The notes under the pieces were generated by a model. That model was not told where the DNA came from. It did not search any database and saw only the letters and a list, made by a program, of their open reading frames with translations. From Basidiobolus meristosporus CBS 931.73 (taxonomy: Eukaryota > Fungi > Basidiobolomycota), in NCBI GenBank assembly GCA_002104905.1, contig MCFE01000179.1, forward strand, positions 78,190 to 142,189: 64,000 nt of DNA, read 5' to 3'. Both the position numbers and the translations under genes were made by a program. Shown here one piece after another: positions 1 to 13,530 of this stretch. Each line of letters starts with the position of its first letter. Position 1 is the first letter of the stretch.

Positions 1-2600
1 AAGTCCGGTGACTAAGAGGTACTGATCCCATCAGGACATCATAGAGTGACTGTTGGAAAATAATTGCACCCTAGATTTCACCAAAACCTTATTCAACACT
101 TTTCAACACAACAATACATAAGTGGGTTTTGATTGGTTCCCTGCCAACTCACGCACTTTTGGATCCCAGACACTTTATCACCTCCTATGTTTGTGTGCAT
201 TGATTGGCTTTTGCCTCTTTTTCACATTCCTTACTTCCTGACTCAACTGATTTTCTTACTTTTCATGCATACAAACTGATTTATTTCTGTTGACACCTCA
301 GTTGTACCTCAGTTGCTAGTTGTATTGACCTGTACAAGTCCCTATTCCTACACTAACATGAAGTCCAATCCCATAATCAACAAGTAACTTCATTTGAATC
401 CACCACTCAGAAAGTATTTCTGCTGTAGAGCTATGATTCCATGACTTTGGCGGGAACCCAACAGCTTTATGGCATTGTTCATGCACTGGCTTGCATATGT
501 CCCGGTCTTCAGCCAACACTGCAAGGTCTAGCTCCTCATCTGGCAGTCTTTGCAATAAGTCCTTGCAAAATTCAAGTGCATTTTTGTAAGCACTGCTCTT
601 GCAGGAGTGCTGCAACCTCTTGATGTGCCTATTGATGTTCCCAAACTTTACTGTAGGCATTGTGATGGTGATATGAGTTTTTGATGTTGTAGGCCTGTTT
701 ATCAGTGGCATCTCTGCTATGTCAGTAATGGAGGACATGGAGGCTGCAGTGGACAAATTGCCTTTTTCTGTAAACTCATCTACCTTTCTGGAGTGTAGCT
801 CAACTGGCTGCACTTTCAACTCCCGTGAAAACAGCTGTTTCCTTATTAGTAACTCTTCTTTTATATGATGGAATTCAGTCTGTTCCATGCTTATGGTGTG
901 AATTGGCAAGAACTGCAGTTTTCTTGGCATGCTCCGCTGTCTCAGGCTTGGGTAGACATTTTTCCTTTTACCTTTTTCTCTAACACTGCCAGGTCTTTCA
1001 TTGCTACTTTGCCTGAGTGAATCTTGTAATGAACTACATTTTTTATCACTGCCAGGTTCTTGATTGCTACCTTGACTGAGTGCTTCTTGAATGGGACTAT
1101 GCATTTCCTTGATAGATGTTGTGCTGGTGCATCTATGCCTGCCTGCTTATCTTTAATTGGCACTCTTGCAGCTACCTGACATCTCTTTATTGCTTTTCTG
1201 GAGCTTTCAGCCCTGCTTGTAACAGGCTCTTAAGGAAGCTGCTGGTTTTTTGCTATGTCACCTATGTTCTTCTGCCTTTCATAGTTTCTGCTATTCTTAA
1301 GATACTTACTTATTATACCAATGCTGGCCCAAAATCTGTTTGCCCATATGAATCCAGGATAACGTGGATGGAAAAAGTCATGTGCATTCTGCTTGGCCTT
1401 GAGTTCCTGATGGTCCCATGGTATGCCAGCCTTAAGGTGATGGCATGTTGGACTTCTGATAGCCTCTTGAATATTAGCGCACTCTTCATTGTTGCACTCA
1501 TCAGCTTCACATATCTTCAATGGATTTTGATTATTTGGCTTTGGTATAAACACCACATTGTCTCCCTCCCATACTGCAATAGGTTTTTCTGTGGCTTTAT
1601 CTTTGGGCACTGTTGTTGTGCTTCAAAGACTGTACGGAGTTCCCCTGCTATTACATTGGAAAATGGCTCAATTCTTGGTTGTGACATTGAGCCACTTGAG
1701 TTCCTTCATTGCAGCAGAGATACTGCTTTCTCTACCAGGGATATGATTGCTCCACAGGCCTTATCTGCTCATCCTGTTTCTGGAGTATTTCCTAATTTCT
1801 TTGGGCCATTGCATCTATTATATCAGCCACTGCACCTAGTTGCTTAGTCAATGCTTTGGTTTGAGCTGACAACACACTTGCTAATATTGGTGGTTGTGAT
1901 GCTATGATGGCCACTAGCTGGTCTTCCACTGAGTGTACCACATTTACTACACTCTCATCTTCCTGAGCCTAACAGTCAGCTTGCAGCTCTGCAGAGGTTC
2001 TCAATGACTACTTGACTGAGAGCGTGAGGAGTCCGCATTATTATCTTCAATGGGCACACTGTCCGCAGGGCCTTATATGGATGTAGCCCTGCTTATTGCA
2101 CTGAATGTCATTGAAAGCTGTTGTCCAACCATTCTTCTGCTGCCGTCAGCAATGGGGTTTGGTTGGGAACCAGACACTATGCTTAATTTTTTGGCAGAAT
2201 ACATATCAAAGTGGGTCAGACCAAAGGGGAAATACTGTTAGATATACATTGTATGTGGCACCACAGCTTTGTTTATAATGCTTACGATGGCTGGTCATCC
2301 TTGAACCTTACATTCATATAGGTGCAATGTCTCAAGTACAAGACTGTTTAATATTCACAGGAGTATTGTCCAAAAAGGGATATAATAGCATTAGTTTGTT
2401 GATGGTCAAACTGTTAGCCTGATGGACAAGTCTACTTTGATTCAATACTGTAAGAGAAGAGGAAAAGACCATGTGGCTATTGTAGTCAGCCTCTCAATCA
2501 TGAGGTACACAGACAGCATAGGATGTATCACAATGATTTTGTTGAGTGTTTTGCCACACAAGATATATTTGACCATATATCTGTCACTACTGTACTAGCC
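1..2600. mobile_element. En/Spm (CACTA)-like element copy A: accessory ORF2 on minus, 5' start of transposase on plus; cut by window edge
   Basis: 1-2132 is the reverse-complement homolog of 10586-11470, 20030-22300 and 23020-25030. 2250-2600 matches the transposase N-terminus of copy B (ATGGACAAG(T/A)CTACTTTGA...). Confidence 0.75.
316..2132 (-). pseudogene. Accessory ORF2 of the En/Spm-like family (~600 codons, disrupted)
   Basis: ATGGTTGGACAACAG start is conserved with 10586. Pieces are ORFs 1230-1610 and 316-1104, separated by stops and frameshifts. Confidence 0.65.
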
Positions 2601-2910
2601 CCTGTTAAGAATAACTTGGTCCCGCAGGTGGCTCCAATACAGATCAGCCATCAGGATCCCATTTAGAGACCATATAATACCAGCAGCTTGGAATTGGCAA
2701 GCCTCCTAACAATCTTAGGATGGGATCACAGCTGTGTATTGCTAATTTTACAACTAAATATAGGGATAAAACTGACTAGATCTAATTGGTGCTGTTACAA
2801 TAATTGCATAGTATTGTTGCTGGCTTTTAGCGCTCTACAACTATTTTAAGTAGATCCAACTGGCCAGGACATCTAATACCTGTATATGGCAAGAAATTTG
2901 ACAGTATTTT

Positions 2911-3279
2911 TGCTGAAATATTGGACTATTAGGTATCATTCAGCAGCTAAAAATTTACTTAACAATTCTAGACTAGTCTTAGTCACTGTACAACTCATTT
3001 ACTGCCTTAACTTTGCCACTTTCTCCAGATATATGATCTTATGATTATTCCCCTATAGTCAGGATCAAATTAGCACTATTACCAAACATTATGTACTAAC
3101 CATGAAACTGTTACAGAATGCTCCTGAATATTGAGAAACCCTCCCTACTTAGTGTTGCAGCTGTATTACTTCTACAAAGGTATAAATACTGAGCTTCTTT
3201 ATGAATAAACAACAGTTCAACTATTATTACTATTTCTTGATAAGTTTGTTATATCCAAATCACTTCTTAAATTGCAACC
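2911..3279 (+). repeat. 5' LTR of copia-1
   Basis: TGCTGAAATA start; TATAAA ~3180 followed by AATAAA ~3205; ~98% identical to 7076-7444. Confidence 0.95.
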
Positions 3280-3315
3280 GGTTATGAGCCCCAATTGCCT
3301 TAATCTATTCTAAAG

Positions 3316-6300
3316 ATGACTTCTACCAGCAAAAAGAGCAATAGCAACTTCTTCCCTGTAAAGGAGAGGTTTGATGGGAAGAACTACAGACATTGGAGAA
3401 TCAAGACACAGATCCACCTTGAGGGAACAAAGCTTTGGAACAGAGTAACAGAAAAGGAACTTGAGCCCAAAGGAACAGCAGAAGATGTGGAGAAGTTTCA
3501 AGAGAAGGAGAGAAAGGCCTTCAATGCCATATGCAACAATGTGCAAGACTCCTTTATTGGACAAATCCATGCCTCAAATACTGCCAAAGCAGCATGAGAA
3601 TCCTTAGAGAAGATCTTTAGAGCAAAGTCAGTATCAAGCAAGCTTTATTCAAAACAAAAGTTCTTCAGCATGAGGAAGAAGCCAGATGATGACATGCTAC
3701 AACTCATTACCTAAATGGAGACACTTGCAGAAGAACTTTACAGTATTAATGCTGGTGTAGATGATGAAGAAAAGATACTCTGTCTGCTTAGCAGCCTTCC
3801 AGACAAGTATGAGCCACTTGTACTTTCTTTTGAAAGCAGAGAAGACAACTTGACTTTAGACTATGTCAAAGGAAGACTTCTCCATGAAGAACTCAGATGT
3901 TATTATCAAGCAGAGAAAATCAAAGATAATGCTTTATTCAGTTCAGAAAGGCACACAGAAAAGAAGGGAAAGCAACAAAACCAAAGAAAACCTGGCTGCT
4001 GTAACCACTGTAAAAAGCCAGGACACTGGGCAAGAGAATGCAAGACAAAACAAGCAGATGAAAAACAGAAACTAGAGCAGGCAAACCATATAACTACTGA
4101 TGAACAGTTATTTGTAACTGTACAAGAGAGTGCAAGTAACCAAAGTAATGAATGGTATATTGACTCTGGAGCATCACAGCATATTTGTGGTACAAAGGAT
4201 TGGTTCAGCAACTCAAAGACTATTCCCATAAGGAAGGCTTATCTGGGAGATAACTCTGCATTGGAAGCTACTGCCAGTGGGTCTATACAACTAAATATGA
4301 GTACTAACTCAGGGGCAACAACAGCAAAACTGACTGACGTACTCTATGTACCTGGAAGAGCTAAGAACCTACTCTCACTCAGTAAAGTAACTACTCAGGG
4401 ACTGAAATTTGTTTTTACTAAGCTGAGCTGCTCAATATTGAGTGAAAATGGACAAAAATTAGCTTTGGGAATCAGAAATCACTATATATACAAGTTACAA
4501 TGCAAGATCATTGTACCTGATCATGTCAACATTGCGGAAACTGATGAAACCAACTGGGAGATGTGGCACAGGAGGCTAGGACACATAGGGGAACAGAAAA
4601 TGAGCCAATTGGTGAAAAATCAACTAGTCTTGGGCCCAAGTTACACAATTCCAATCAAATTGAATGTCTGTAAGAGATGTTCATATGACAAACAAGCTAG
4701 GCAACATTTCAAGAGTTCAGGAGGCAGCAATACCGCTGAAACACTGTCAAGAACATGACAGAAATACAAACTGGGTGTGAATTGAAGGTGCTACAAAGTG
4801 AAAATGGAGGGGAATACTGCTCAAAAGAGTTTACAAAATACTGCTCATCTACTGGTATACTTCAACAGACCACTGTTCCTCATACTCCACAGCAAAATGG
4901 AGTAGCAGAATGTGCAAATAGAATAATAGTAGACATGGGAAGATCTATGCTGCATGACAAGGGAATGGACTGCAAGTTTTGGGCTGAATCTGTTGCTACC
5001 GCTGTATACATCAAGAACAGATGCCCAACAACAGCACTACGTGTTTCTATGCTCTTTGAAGCATATACAGGCAAATGACCAGATCTCCAGCACCTCAAGA
5101 TCTTTGGCAGTTATGTTTTTTATCACATCCCTGACAAAAAACGCTCAAAGTTGGAGTCAAAGAGTAGGAAAGAGATCTCTCTTGGGTATTGTGATGATAC
5201 TAAAGGGTATAGAGTGTATGATGGCAAAATTCAGAAGCTGATCAAGAGCAGGGATGTTGTATTTGAGGAGAACTCAGATCAGAAAGCCACAGAAATCATT
5301 GGCCAGCTGCCTAATGATGCAATCAACACTAATGAAGAAGATACGTACCAAATCCAGCCAGATACAGAAGATACTTCTACCAGTTTTAGATCAGAACATA
5401 TTATCCCAGCTAGGAGATCTACCAGAATAAGAAATGCCCCTGGCTCCTGGTTGCAGACATCCAATGATCATGAAGAAGCTTATCTTTCCTTATGTGCCAA
5501 ACCTCAGAATCTGGAACAGGCAATGCAAAGTCCAGATGCTACTAAGAGGCAACAAGCCATGCAGGAGGAGTACCAATCACTGATCAAGGCAAAAACGTGG
5601 GAACCGGTAGATTTACCATATGGGAGAAAGCCAATAGGATGTAGATGGGTCTACAAGATCAAGATAACCTCAAATGGTGCCATTGATCAGTACAAGGCTA
5701 GATTGGTGGCTAAAGGCTATTCCCAGATCCAGCAACTAGACTTTAAGGAAACATTTGCTCGGGTTGCCAAGTTCAACTCTATTAGTACAGTTCTAGCCCT
5801 GTCAGCTGTACACAGTCTAGATCTACACCAAATGGATGTCAAAACCGCCATTCTAAATGGGGATTTGCAAGGAACTATATATGTGGAGCAACCAGAAGGC
5901 TTTACCAATCCAAAAGGCCCCCATAAGGTGCGCAAACTTAGAAAACTGCTGTATGGGCTTAAGCAGGCACCTAGAGCATGGTATAACAAGACTGACACAT
6001 ATCTAGAGGAAATTGGGTTCTCTTGTAGCACTGCAGATCACAGCATATATGTGAAACAGCTCAAAAAGGGTGTGATCATCCTAGTTCTCTATGTGGATGA
6101 CCAAATTATAGCCACAAGTGACCAAGAGGCACTTAAACAGACAAAATCCGATCTCTTCAGCAAGTTTGAGTTGAAAGATCTTGGAAAATTGAGCTATTTT
6201 CTTGGAATTGAGGTCAAATTTGACATACCTAAGCAGAAAATTGTGCTGAATCAGTCTCAGTACATCAGGGACATTCTTAGATGCTTCAAAATGGAAAATT

Positions 6301-7070
6301 GCAAACCTGCAGCAACCCCTATGGACAATAACCTGAAATTTAGCAAATCTCAGCCAGTTTTAGATGAAAACAGCTCAAATATGGACCAAAACGTTCCCTA
6401 TCAATCATTGGTTGGTAGCCTAATGTACTTCATGGTGTCTACACGTCCAGATATTGCAGTTGCAGTTGGAATATTCAGTTAATTCATGCAGAATTATGGA
6501 TAAGATGAAATTGCAGCAGTTAAGTGGATTTTCAGATATCTACAAGGTACAATAAATATGGTACTGGAATACTCTGAGTAACTAATAGGCAAAAATTTGA
6601 TGGTTATAGTGATTCAGATTGGGGTAGGGATCTGATTGACAGATGCTCTACCACAGGCTATGTATTTCTTTATGCTGGTGCAGCTATTACTTGGAATTGC
6701 AAGAAACAACCAACTGTGGCCTTATCTACAACTGAAGCCAAATATATGACTGCATGTCAAGCAACTAAGGAGGCTCTATGGCTACAAGAATTATTCAAAG
6801 ACTTAGGTTTTAATTGAGATGAACCAACATGTATTTACAAGGATAATCAAAGTTGTTCTTCATTAGCTAGAAATCCTACTAATCATGCCAGAACTAAGTA
6901 CATTGATATACAGCATCACTTTGTGAGGGAAGCTGTAGAGAATAACTTAGTGGAGTTAGTTTACTGCCCAACTGACAAAACGGTGGCAGACATATTGACA
7001 AAACCACTAGCTAGGCCACAGTTTGAGATCCTTAGAGAGAAATTGGGATTAAGAAATTATTTAGTTGAGG
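3316..7070 (+). pseudogene. copia gag-pol, disrupted
   Basis: Motifs CNHCKKPGHWAREC, WYIDSGASQHI, WHRRLGH, NGGEY/TPQQNGVAE, LYVDD and an RNase H tail. Stops at 3595, 3712, 5076 and 6480; a deletion removes the N-part of the integrase core near 4755. Confidence 0.93.
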
Positions 7071-7075
7071 GGGAG

Positions 7076-7444
7076 TGTTGAAATATTGGACTATTATGTA
7101 TCATTTAGCAGCTAAAAATTTACTTAACAATTCTAGACTAGTCTTAGTCACTGTACAACTCATTTACTGCCTTAACTTTGCCACTTTCTCCAGATATATG
7201 ATCTTATGACTATTCCCCTATAGTCAGGATCAAATTAGCACTATTACCAAACATTATGTACCAACCATGAAACTGTTACAGAATGCTCCTGAATATTGAG
7301 AAACCCTCCCTACTTAGTGTTGCAGCTGTATTACTTCTACAAAGGTATAAATACTGAGCTTCTTTATGAATAAACAACAGTTCAACTATTATCACTATTT
7401 CTTGATAAGTTTGTTATATCCAAATCACTTCTTAAATTGCAACA
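7076..7444 (+). repeat. 3' LTR of copia-1
   Basis: TGTTG...CAACA, directly after the PPT. Confidence 0.95.
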
Positions 7445-7699
7445 ATTTCGACAGCCTCACATTGAGACTCTGATGGTATTATATTGGTAATATGACAGCC
7501 TACAGCTGGTTCTGTATAATGCTACTGTACCAATTAACCAAATGGTATTTCCTTTTCTACCTTCCCTTGTGCAATTCATAAATTCCACTGTAAAATCACC
7601 CCTCTTTATTTGCTTACACACTACTACCTTGGGTATTCCACATATAGTTTGAGTTCAAATACAATGGCCTCCTGCTTACTAACCTCTACAAATGCGCAC

Positions 7700-10295
7700 A
7701 CCAGCTATAATTAACATACCTCTATCATCTCAACTTTGCAATTATTTAGTGTGATACTTGCAAAGTTACCATATACCTTATACTGCTGGTAGCCTATATA
7801 TCTTGCAAACATATGCTTGGTTGTTGCCACTTCTGCCATGAATACCTCCTGAATATCTTCAAAGAACTTCTTGATATTTAGCCAGTATATTCCTTCTCTC
7901 TGCAGGATTCTAGTCCCCCTTATAGGTGCACTCTGGCTTTTGTTTGTGTGAATTCTGTATTGAATGGTGTAGAAGTTGGCTTGTGACCATGAGATATCTG
8001 GCATCCCTTGGTAGGCCTTTCCAAATATAAATTAGTGGCTTGTTGCACCCAACCCACTTTGCATTACTTAACTGATTACCCACGCATTGGGGCTGCTTAG
8101 CTTCTCAATGCCATAGGCATAGGTGTCTCCATGTGCACATTTGTCCTCAGTATTTTCCAATTCTTCCTGGCTGTCCTCCATGTACCAACTCATCACATCC
8201 AAGATGGACTTGAAGGTAATATTTCTGATGAGATTGGGATATGGTAGTACCTTCAACTTGACTTTTCTTCCAATCTCCCCCCACATCTGCTCCATAGGAA
8301 ACTCCCAAAAGGTGAAGCAAGGCGCAGTATTCTCCACACACCATGCAAGATGCAGTAGAGAATGGACATAGTAGAGGCAGATCTACATGTTCAGCTTTAT
8401 GTTTGTAGTATAGCCGCTCAAATCCCATCACAAACTCCTCACATAACAGCTGTAGATGTGTCAAGTTGGCATTGTTTGTCTGCTTGTGGATAAATTTTCC
8501 TGCAATGTCAACATATCACTCCCAATGTTTTTAATGTACTCTTGGTTGGAATGGCTTCAGAACACCATTTGAATAAATGCATATCCAGTTCATTCAGTCA
8601 GTGCATTTGTATTGTTGCATATGCATATGAATATTGATTGAAGCCTGTAAGAAGTGCTTAGGTTAGTTGATGCTCTATAATATCTTGCCAATTCTTTCAA
8701 ATTTCTCTGGTATCTCAAAGGGCGTATTTAAATTGAGATGCCCCATGTACAAATGGTCATCAGTAGAGAGAATTGCTCAAAAGCAAATGCAATGCTCCCG
8801 GTGGAAAGCTTTGGCTCCAGCAAATATCCTCTATGTTAAGTATCTCTGGTTTCCAATTGATTCCAAATTTGGGCCAATGGCTTTTAGCTTGCCAACTTTG
8901 CTGCAACAGCTTGCTGACTTCTGACCATTCTCTTTGTGGAAAGATGATGTTCTTAGTGCTGGTGTTTGGGTATAAAATTGTGTTTGAGTTATGGATTAAT
9001 TTGCTAAATCTCACACATTTGACAGCAACACTATCCATTGCGCCCAGAAAAGCTGGTAATCTTGCTGATGGCTGTAGTATCTCCAATGCAGATGATAATA
9101 TGCACTTTTGTATGATGGCCATTGACTGTTATTCTGCTGGAAAGCATATAAATTCATCCTGCAATGAATACAGGTAGCTATTCAGGTTGGACAGTAATTT
9201 GGGCCCAGATGCTGGTAACACTACCATCAGATTATTGCTCTGATACTGTAAGATGTGCAGCGGATTCAGACTGATAAGAATCAATGGCCCACAGGATTTG
9301 CTGGTAGAGTACTTGTTTAATGAGAATCCATCAGGAGCTAAAGCAAAGGCGTGGTTATACATACTTTTAGAGTAGGCCTTGCATCTTAGCTGTTTGTAAT
9401 GTTTGCCACTGAATATATTGAATATGTTTGTGCTTGGTTGACACCAAGTGCAGTATAATATAGCTTTGCAATATTTGTGAAGCTGCATCAGCTTCCTCAA
9501 ATAGTGTATAACCAGAATATATCTGGAGTGTGAACAATGTTTTCCATCATTAGTGGTGGATTCCTAACAAATTGAACATGTTGCAATTGTAGCATTATTG
9601 TATGTGAGTGCCATGCAACTGCTGACACATGCTGAAATCAGGACAGTCTCTGCATCATATGTAGCCAGCCACATGGTGGTAGCCCACTTGTACCCTATAT
9701 TTGGTATGTTGCATCCTGGAATGATTTTTGCAAGATGTAGTAATAAATCCTCAAAGCCCCCATTACTGATGTTAGTGGAAATGCGCCACTTCTCTAGCCA
9801 CAACATTACATCTTTCTCCAGTAAATGGACTACTGGGCTCACTTGGCTCCATAAAGTATCCTTGGCATTTGTTTCAATGGGTGTTGTGACATTGCATATT
9901 GGGATTTGATGGGGCTCATACATGGTACTGCTGTGAGGGGAAATTGGTTCAAAATCCATCAGTGAACCTTCTTTGTCAGAACTATCACTCTGTGTGCCAC
10001 ATTCAGAAGGCTGTGGTGAGCCTAATGGTATTGCAAACTCACTTGACTCAGTTTGCACAAGGTGACAAAGATGGTCAAGTGCTGATATAGAAGTATCAAC
10101 TGGCTGGCAAGGTATTGTTGGTACAATAGTGACTAATGAGTGACCATATATGACTTGGGTGGCAAAACACTGGCTGTGATCCTTGTAATACTTCCTACGC
10201 TGTGCGCATGCTTCATGGCTGGGAGGCTTACCCCAATAGCCCCATGGTCTTTTTTCTCTTCTCTTACAGTGTTGAGTCAAAGTAGTCTTGTCCAT
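7700..10295 (-). pseudogene. En/Spm (Transposase_21/Tnp2-like) transposase, disrupted
   Basis: Fragments read FEDLLLHLAKIIP...ACVSSC...CSIC, FALAPDGF...LNP...GPK...LNSYL...DEF, and WEFPMEQMWG...PYPNL, the motif order of CACTA-superfamily transposases. Confidence 0.8.
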
Positions 10296-11500
10296 TGGGC
10301 AAACAGTTTGACCTTCAACAATTTAGCGCTACTATATCACTTTTTGACCCATACTCATGTGAACTTAGGACATTCTTGTATTTGAGACATTGCACCTACA
10401 TGAATGTAAGATTCAATGATGACCTGCCATAGTAAGCATTTTAAATAATGTTGTGGCACCACATACACTTGTATTTGCAACACCTCTTCCACTTTGGTTA
10501 GACTCACTTTCATATATAGGCTGACAAAAATAAAGCAAAGTCATCTGGTTCCCAACCAAACCCCACCGCCAATGGCAACAGTAAAATGGTTGGACAACAG
10601 CTTACTTTGACATTCAGTGCAACAAGCAGGGTTACATCAAGAAAAGGCCCTGTGGACAGTGTGCCAATTGAAGGTAATAAGGCAGACTCCTCAGGCTCTC
10701 AGCCAAGTAGGCATTTGAGAATCTCTGAAGAGCCACAAGCTGACTTTTCTGCTCAGGCAGATGAGAATGTGGCAAATGCGGTACCCTCAGGTGAAGACCT
10801 GCAAATGGCTGTTATAACATCACCACCACAAATATTAGCAAGTATGTTATCATCTCATACCAAAGCATTTGTGAAGCAATTAGGTGCAGTGGTTGATAGG
10901 ATTAAAGCAATGCCCCAGAGAAATTAGCAAATAGTCCAGAAACAGGATGAGTGGATAATACTTGTAGAGCAATCAATATCTCAGGTAGAGAAAGCAGTGT
11001 CTTTGCTGCAAAGAAGGAACTCAAGTGGCTCAATGTTGCAACCAAGAATTGAGCCATTTCCCAATGTAACAGCAGAGAAGCACCATACTGGCTTTGAAGC
11101 ACAACAACAGTGCCCAAAAATAAAGCCCACAGAAAAGCCTATCACAGCATTGCAAGGAGACAATGTGGTGTTTATACTAAAGCCTAAAAATCAAAAGACA
11201 TTGCAGATTTGTGCAGCCAATGAGTGTAATAATAAAGAATTGTGTATGAGCAGATTTTATCAAGGAAAATACCTAGTTCATTACACAAAGCACTCAGACA
11301 AAATAGCAGTGAAAGACCTAGCAGTGATGAAGGAAAAGGTAAAGGGAAAAATGTCCACCCAAGTCTGAGACAGGGAAGCTTGCAAAAAAGCTGTAGTTCT
11401 TGCCAATTCAAACCACAAGCCTGGAACAGACTGAATGCCATCATTGGCAAGAAGAATTACCAACAAGAAAACAGATCAAAGTACCTCTTAGTCATGGGAC

Positions 11501-11827
11501 TGCTGAAATAAGTAGGAGTCCACCTAATTATTAATAAATTATGAACTAGCTCTTTGTTAAAATGACATATTTCAGAACATTAACTTAGAAATTAGTTTTT
11601 AATATTTTTGTAGATTATTAGAAATTAGTGTAGTACTGAATTTTAGGAAAATTTGAAGCTGATCTAAATAAGCTGAAACTTGGCACATGTACTCCTGAGA
11701 CTCCCCTGATAATGAACAAAAAGCTACATTTATGTAGTTCTGCAATTTGATAAATAAACAAGTGAATATCATGTAAATCTTCCAATTCTCCATTTCACTT
11801 CCAATATCCCTCTCTAATATTTCAACA
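11501..11827 (+). mobile_element. Solo LTR (copia-type, 327 bp)
   Basis: Termini TGCTGAAATA...TATTTCAACA form a 10-bp inverted repeat with 1 mismatch. Perfect 5-bp TSD GGGAC (11496-11500, 11828-11832). Removing it restores the motif seen at 22284-22336. Confidence 0.9.
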
Positions 11828-11879
11828 GGGACTTTAACTTTGTGACAACCTTTTGACAGGATCATTTCAATATTTTTTA

Positions 11880-13530
11880 ATAGGGAAGCTGTTGGCCAAC
11901 TGTTCTTCTTCTGTTGTTAACAGTGGGACTTGGTTAGGAACCAGACAACTTTCCTTTATTTTTGGCAGCATATATATGGAAGTGAGTCAAAACAAAGGGG
12001 AAACAGTGTTACATATACATGTGTATGTGGTGACACATCTTTATTTATAATGCTTACTATTGCAGGTCATAATTGAATCTTTCATTCATATAGGTGCAAT
12101 GCCTTAAATACAAGACTGTATCAAAGTCACATGAATATTGACAAAAAAGCAATATAATAGTGTTACATTGTTAAATGTCAAACTGTTTACCCTATTGAGA
12201 AGACTACTTTGATTCAGTGATGTAAAAGAAGAAAAAAAGACCATGTGGCTGCTGTATGAAGCCTCTCAGCCTTTAAGCACACAGACAGCATAGGAAGTAT
12301 TTATACACTGTTACACCAGCATCTGCCCATACTTGTCAACTTGGGCAAACTAAGTTAGGAGAGTGTGTAATGCCTTTAGGCTTATCCCAGCCTTTGGAAT
12401 ATGACATGTGCAGTGATAGCTCTGAAGAAGCAAGCTCACTGATGGATTGTGAGCCCATCTTCCCTAACTATAGTACCGTGCATGAGGCTGGCAAGATCCC
12501 ATTATGCAATGACACAACACTAGCCAAAAAATGCTAAGGATACTTTATGGAATCAATTGAATCGTGCAATCCATCTACTGGTGAATGATTTGATGTTGTT
12601 ACTGGTGAATTGGGGTGTTTCCATTAATATCGGTAATGTGGGCTAGGAGGATTTATCACTACTTCTTGACAAGATCATCCTGGGATGCAACTTACCAGGT
12701 ACATTGTTATAAATCAAAAATCAGCATGCATCTGGCATCACATGACCCGTAGACAGTCTGGTACCAGCAGGTGTTGACAATTGTATGGTGTTTACATCAG
12801 AAAATGCCACCATTGCAAGGTGTTCAACTTGTCACAAATCCACCACTATTGGGGAAGACATTGTTCACACACTGGATATATTCTGGTAATACCCCATAAA
12901 AAGAAGCACATGCAGTCCTGCAAATATTGTGATGCTATAACATGCCACAATTTGTAGCAATAAGGCACAATCATATCAGATAGGTTTCATGGCAAACCTT
13001 ACAAACAGCTATGAAGTAAGGGCTACTTGGAAGGTATGTATAACCACACCTTTGCTTTAGCTCCTGATGGATTCTCATTAAACAAGTACTCTACCAGTAA
13101 ATCCTATGGGCCATTGATTCTTATCAGTCTGAATCTGCTGCACATCTTACAGTATGTATGACTGAGTCTTTGCCTTGGCATGATGGATTCTCATTAAGCA
13201 AGTACTCTACCGGCAAATCCTGCTAGCCACTGATTCTTGTCAACCTGAATATGCCATATATCTTATGGTATTGGAGCAACAATCTGATGGTGGTCTCACT
13301 GGTATCTGGACCTAAATCACCATCCAACCTGAACAGCTACCTTTATCAACTGTTAGATGAGTTTTGTATGCTTTCCAGCAGAATAACAGTAAATGGCTGT
13401 CATGTAAAAGGACATATTATTATTTATGTTAGTGATACCCCAGCCATGAGCACAATAGCAGGTTTTTCTGGGCATAATTGACATTATTGCTGCCAAATGT
13501 GTGAGATCTGAGGGACTTACTATATGGATA
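11880..13530 (+). mobile_element. En/Spm-like copy C: intergenic region plus 5' half of transposase, with deletions and a ~116-bp-period internal duplication
   Basis: Homologous to 2110-2600 and to the reverse complement of 8950-10450. Confidence 0.75.

Larger units (their letters stand above)
2911..7444 (+). mobile_element. Full-length Ty1/copia LTR retrotransposon (family 1), pseudogenised
   Basis: 369-bp LTRs (2911-3279, 7076-7444) with 7 differences. TSD ATTTT/ATTTC, PBS GGTTATGAGCCCCA 3280-3293, PPT GAGGGGGAG 7067-7075. Domain order gag(CCHC)-PR-INT-RT-RH. Confidence 0.97.
2600..11865. mobile_element. En/Spm-like element copy B (most complete), interrupted by copia-1 and a solo LTR
   Basis: The left flank (2600-2910 + 7445 onward) aligns with uninterrupted 19700-20020. 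Transposase is on minus 7700-10295, ORF2 on plus 10586-11470, and the terminal motif at 11481-11865. Confidence 0.7.

Noticed and set aside
1116-1847. 243-aa hydrophobic plus-strand ORF and similar antisense ORFs over TE and gene regions
   Set aside because: Antisense shadows of the repeated ORF2 or of real genes; reading frames are not conserved between copies.
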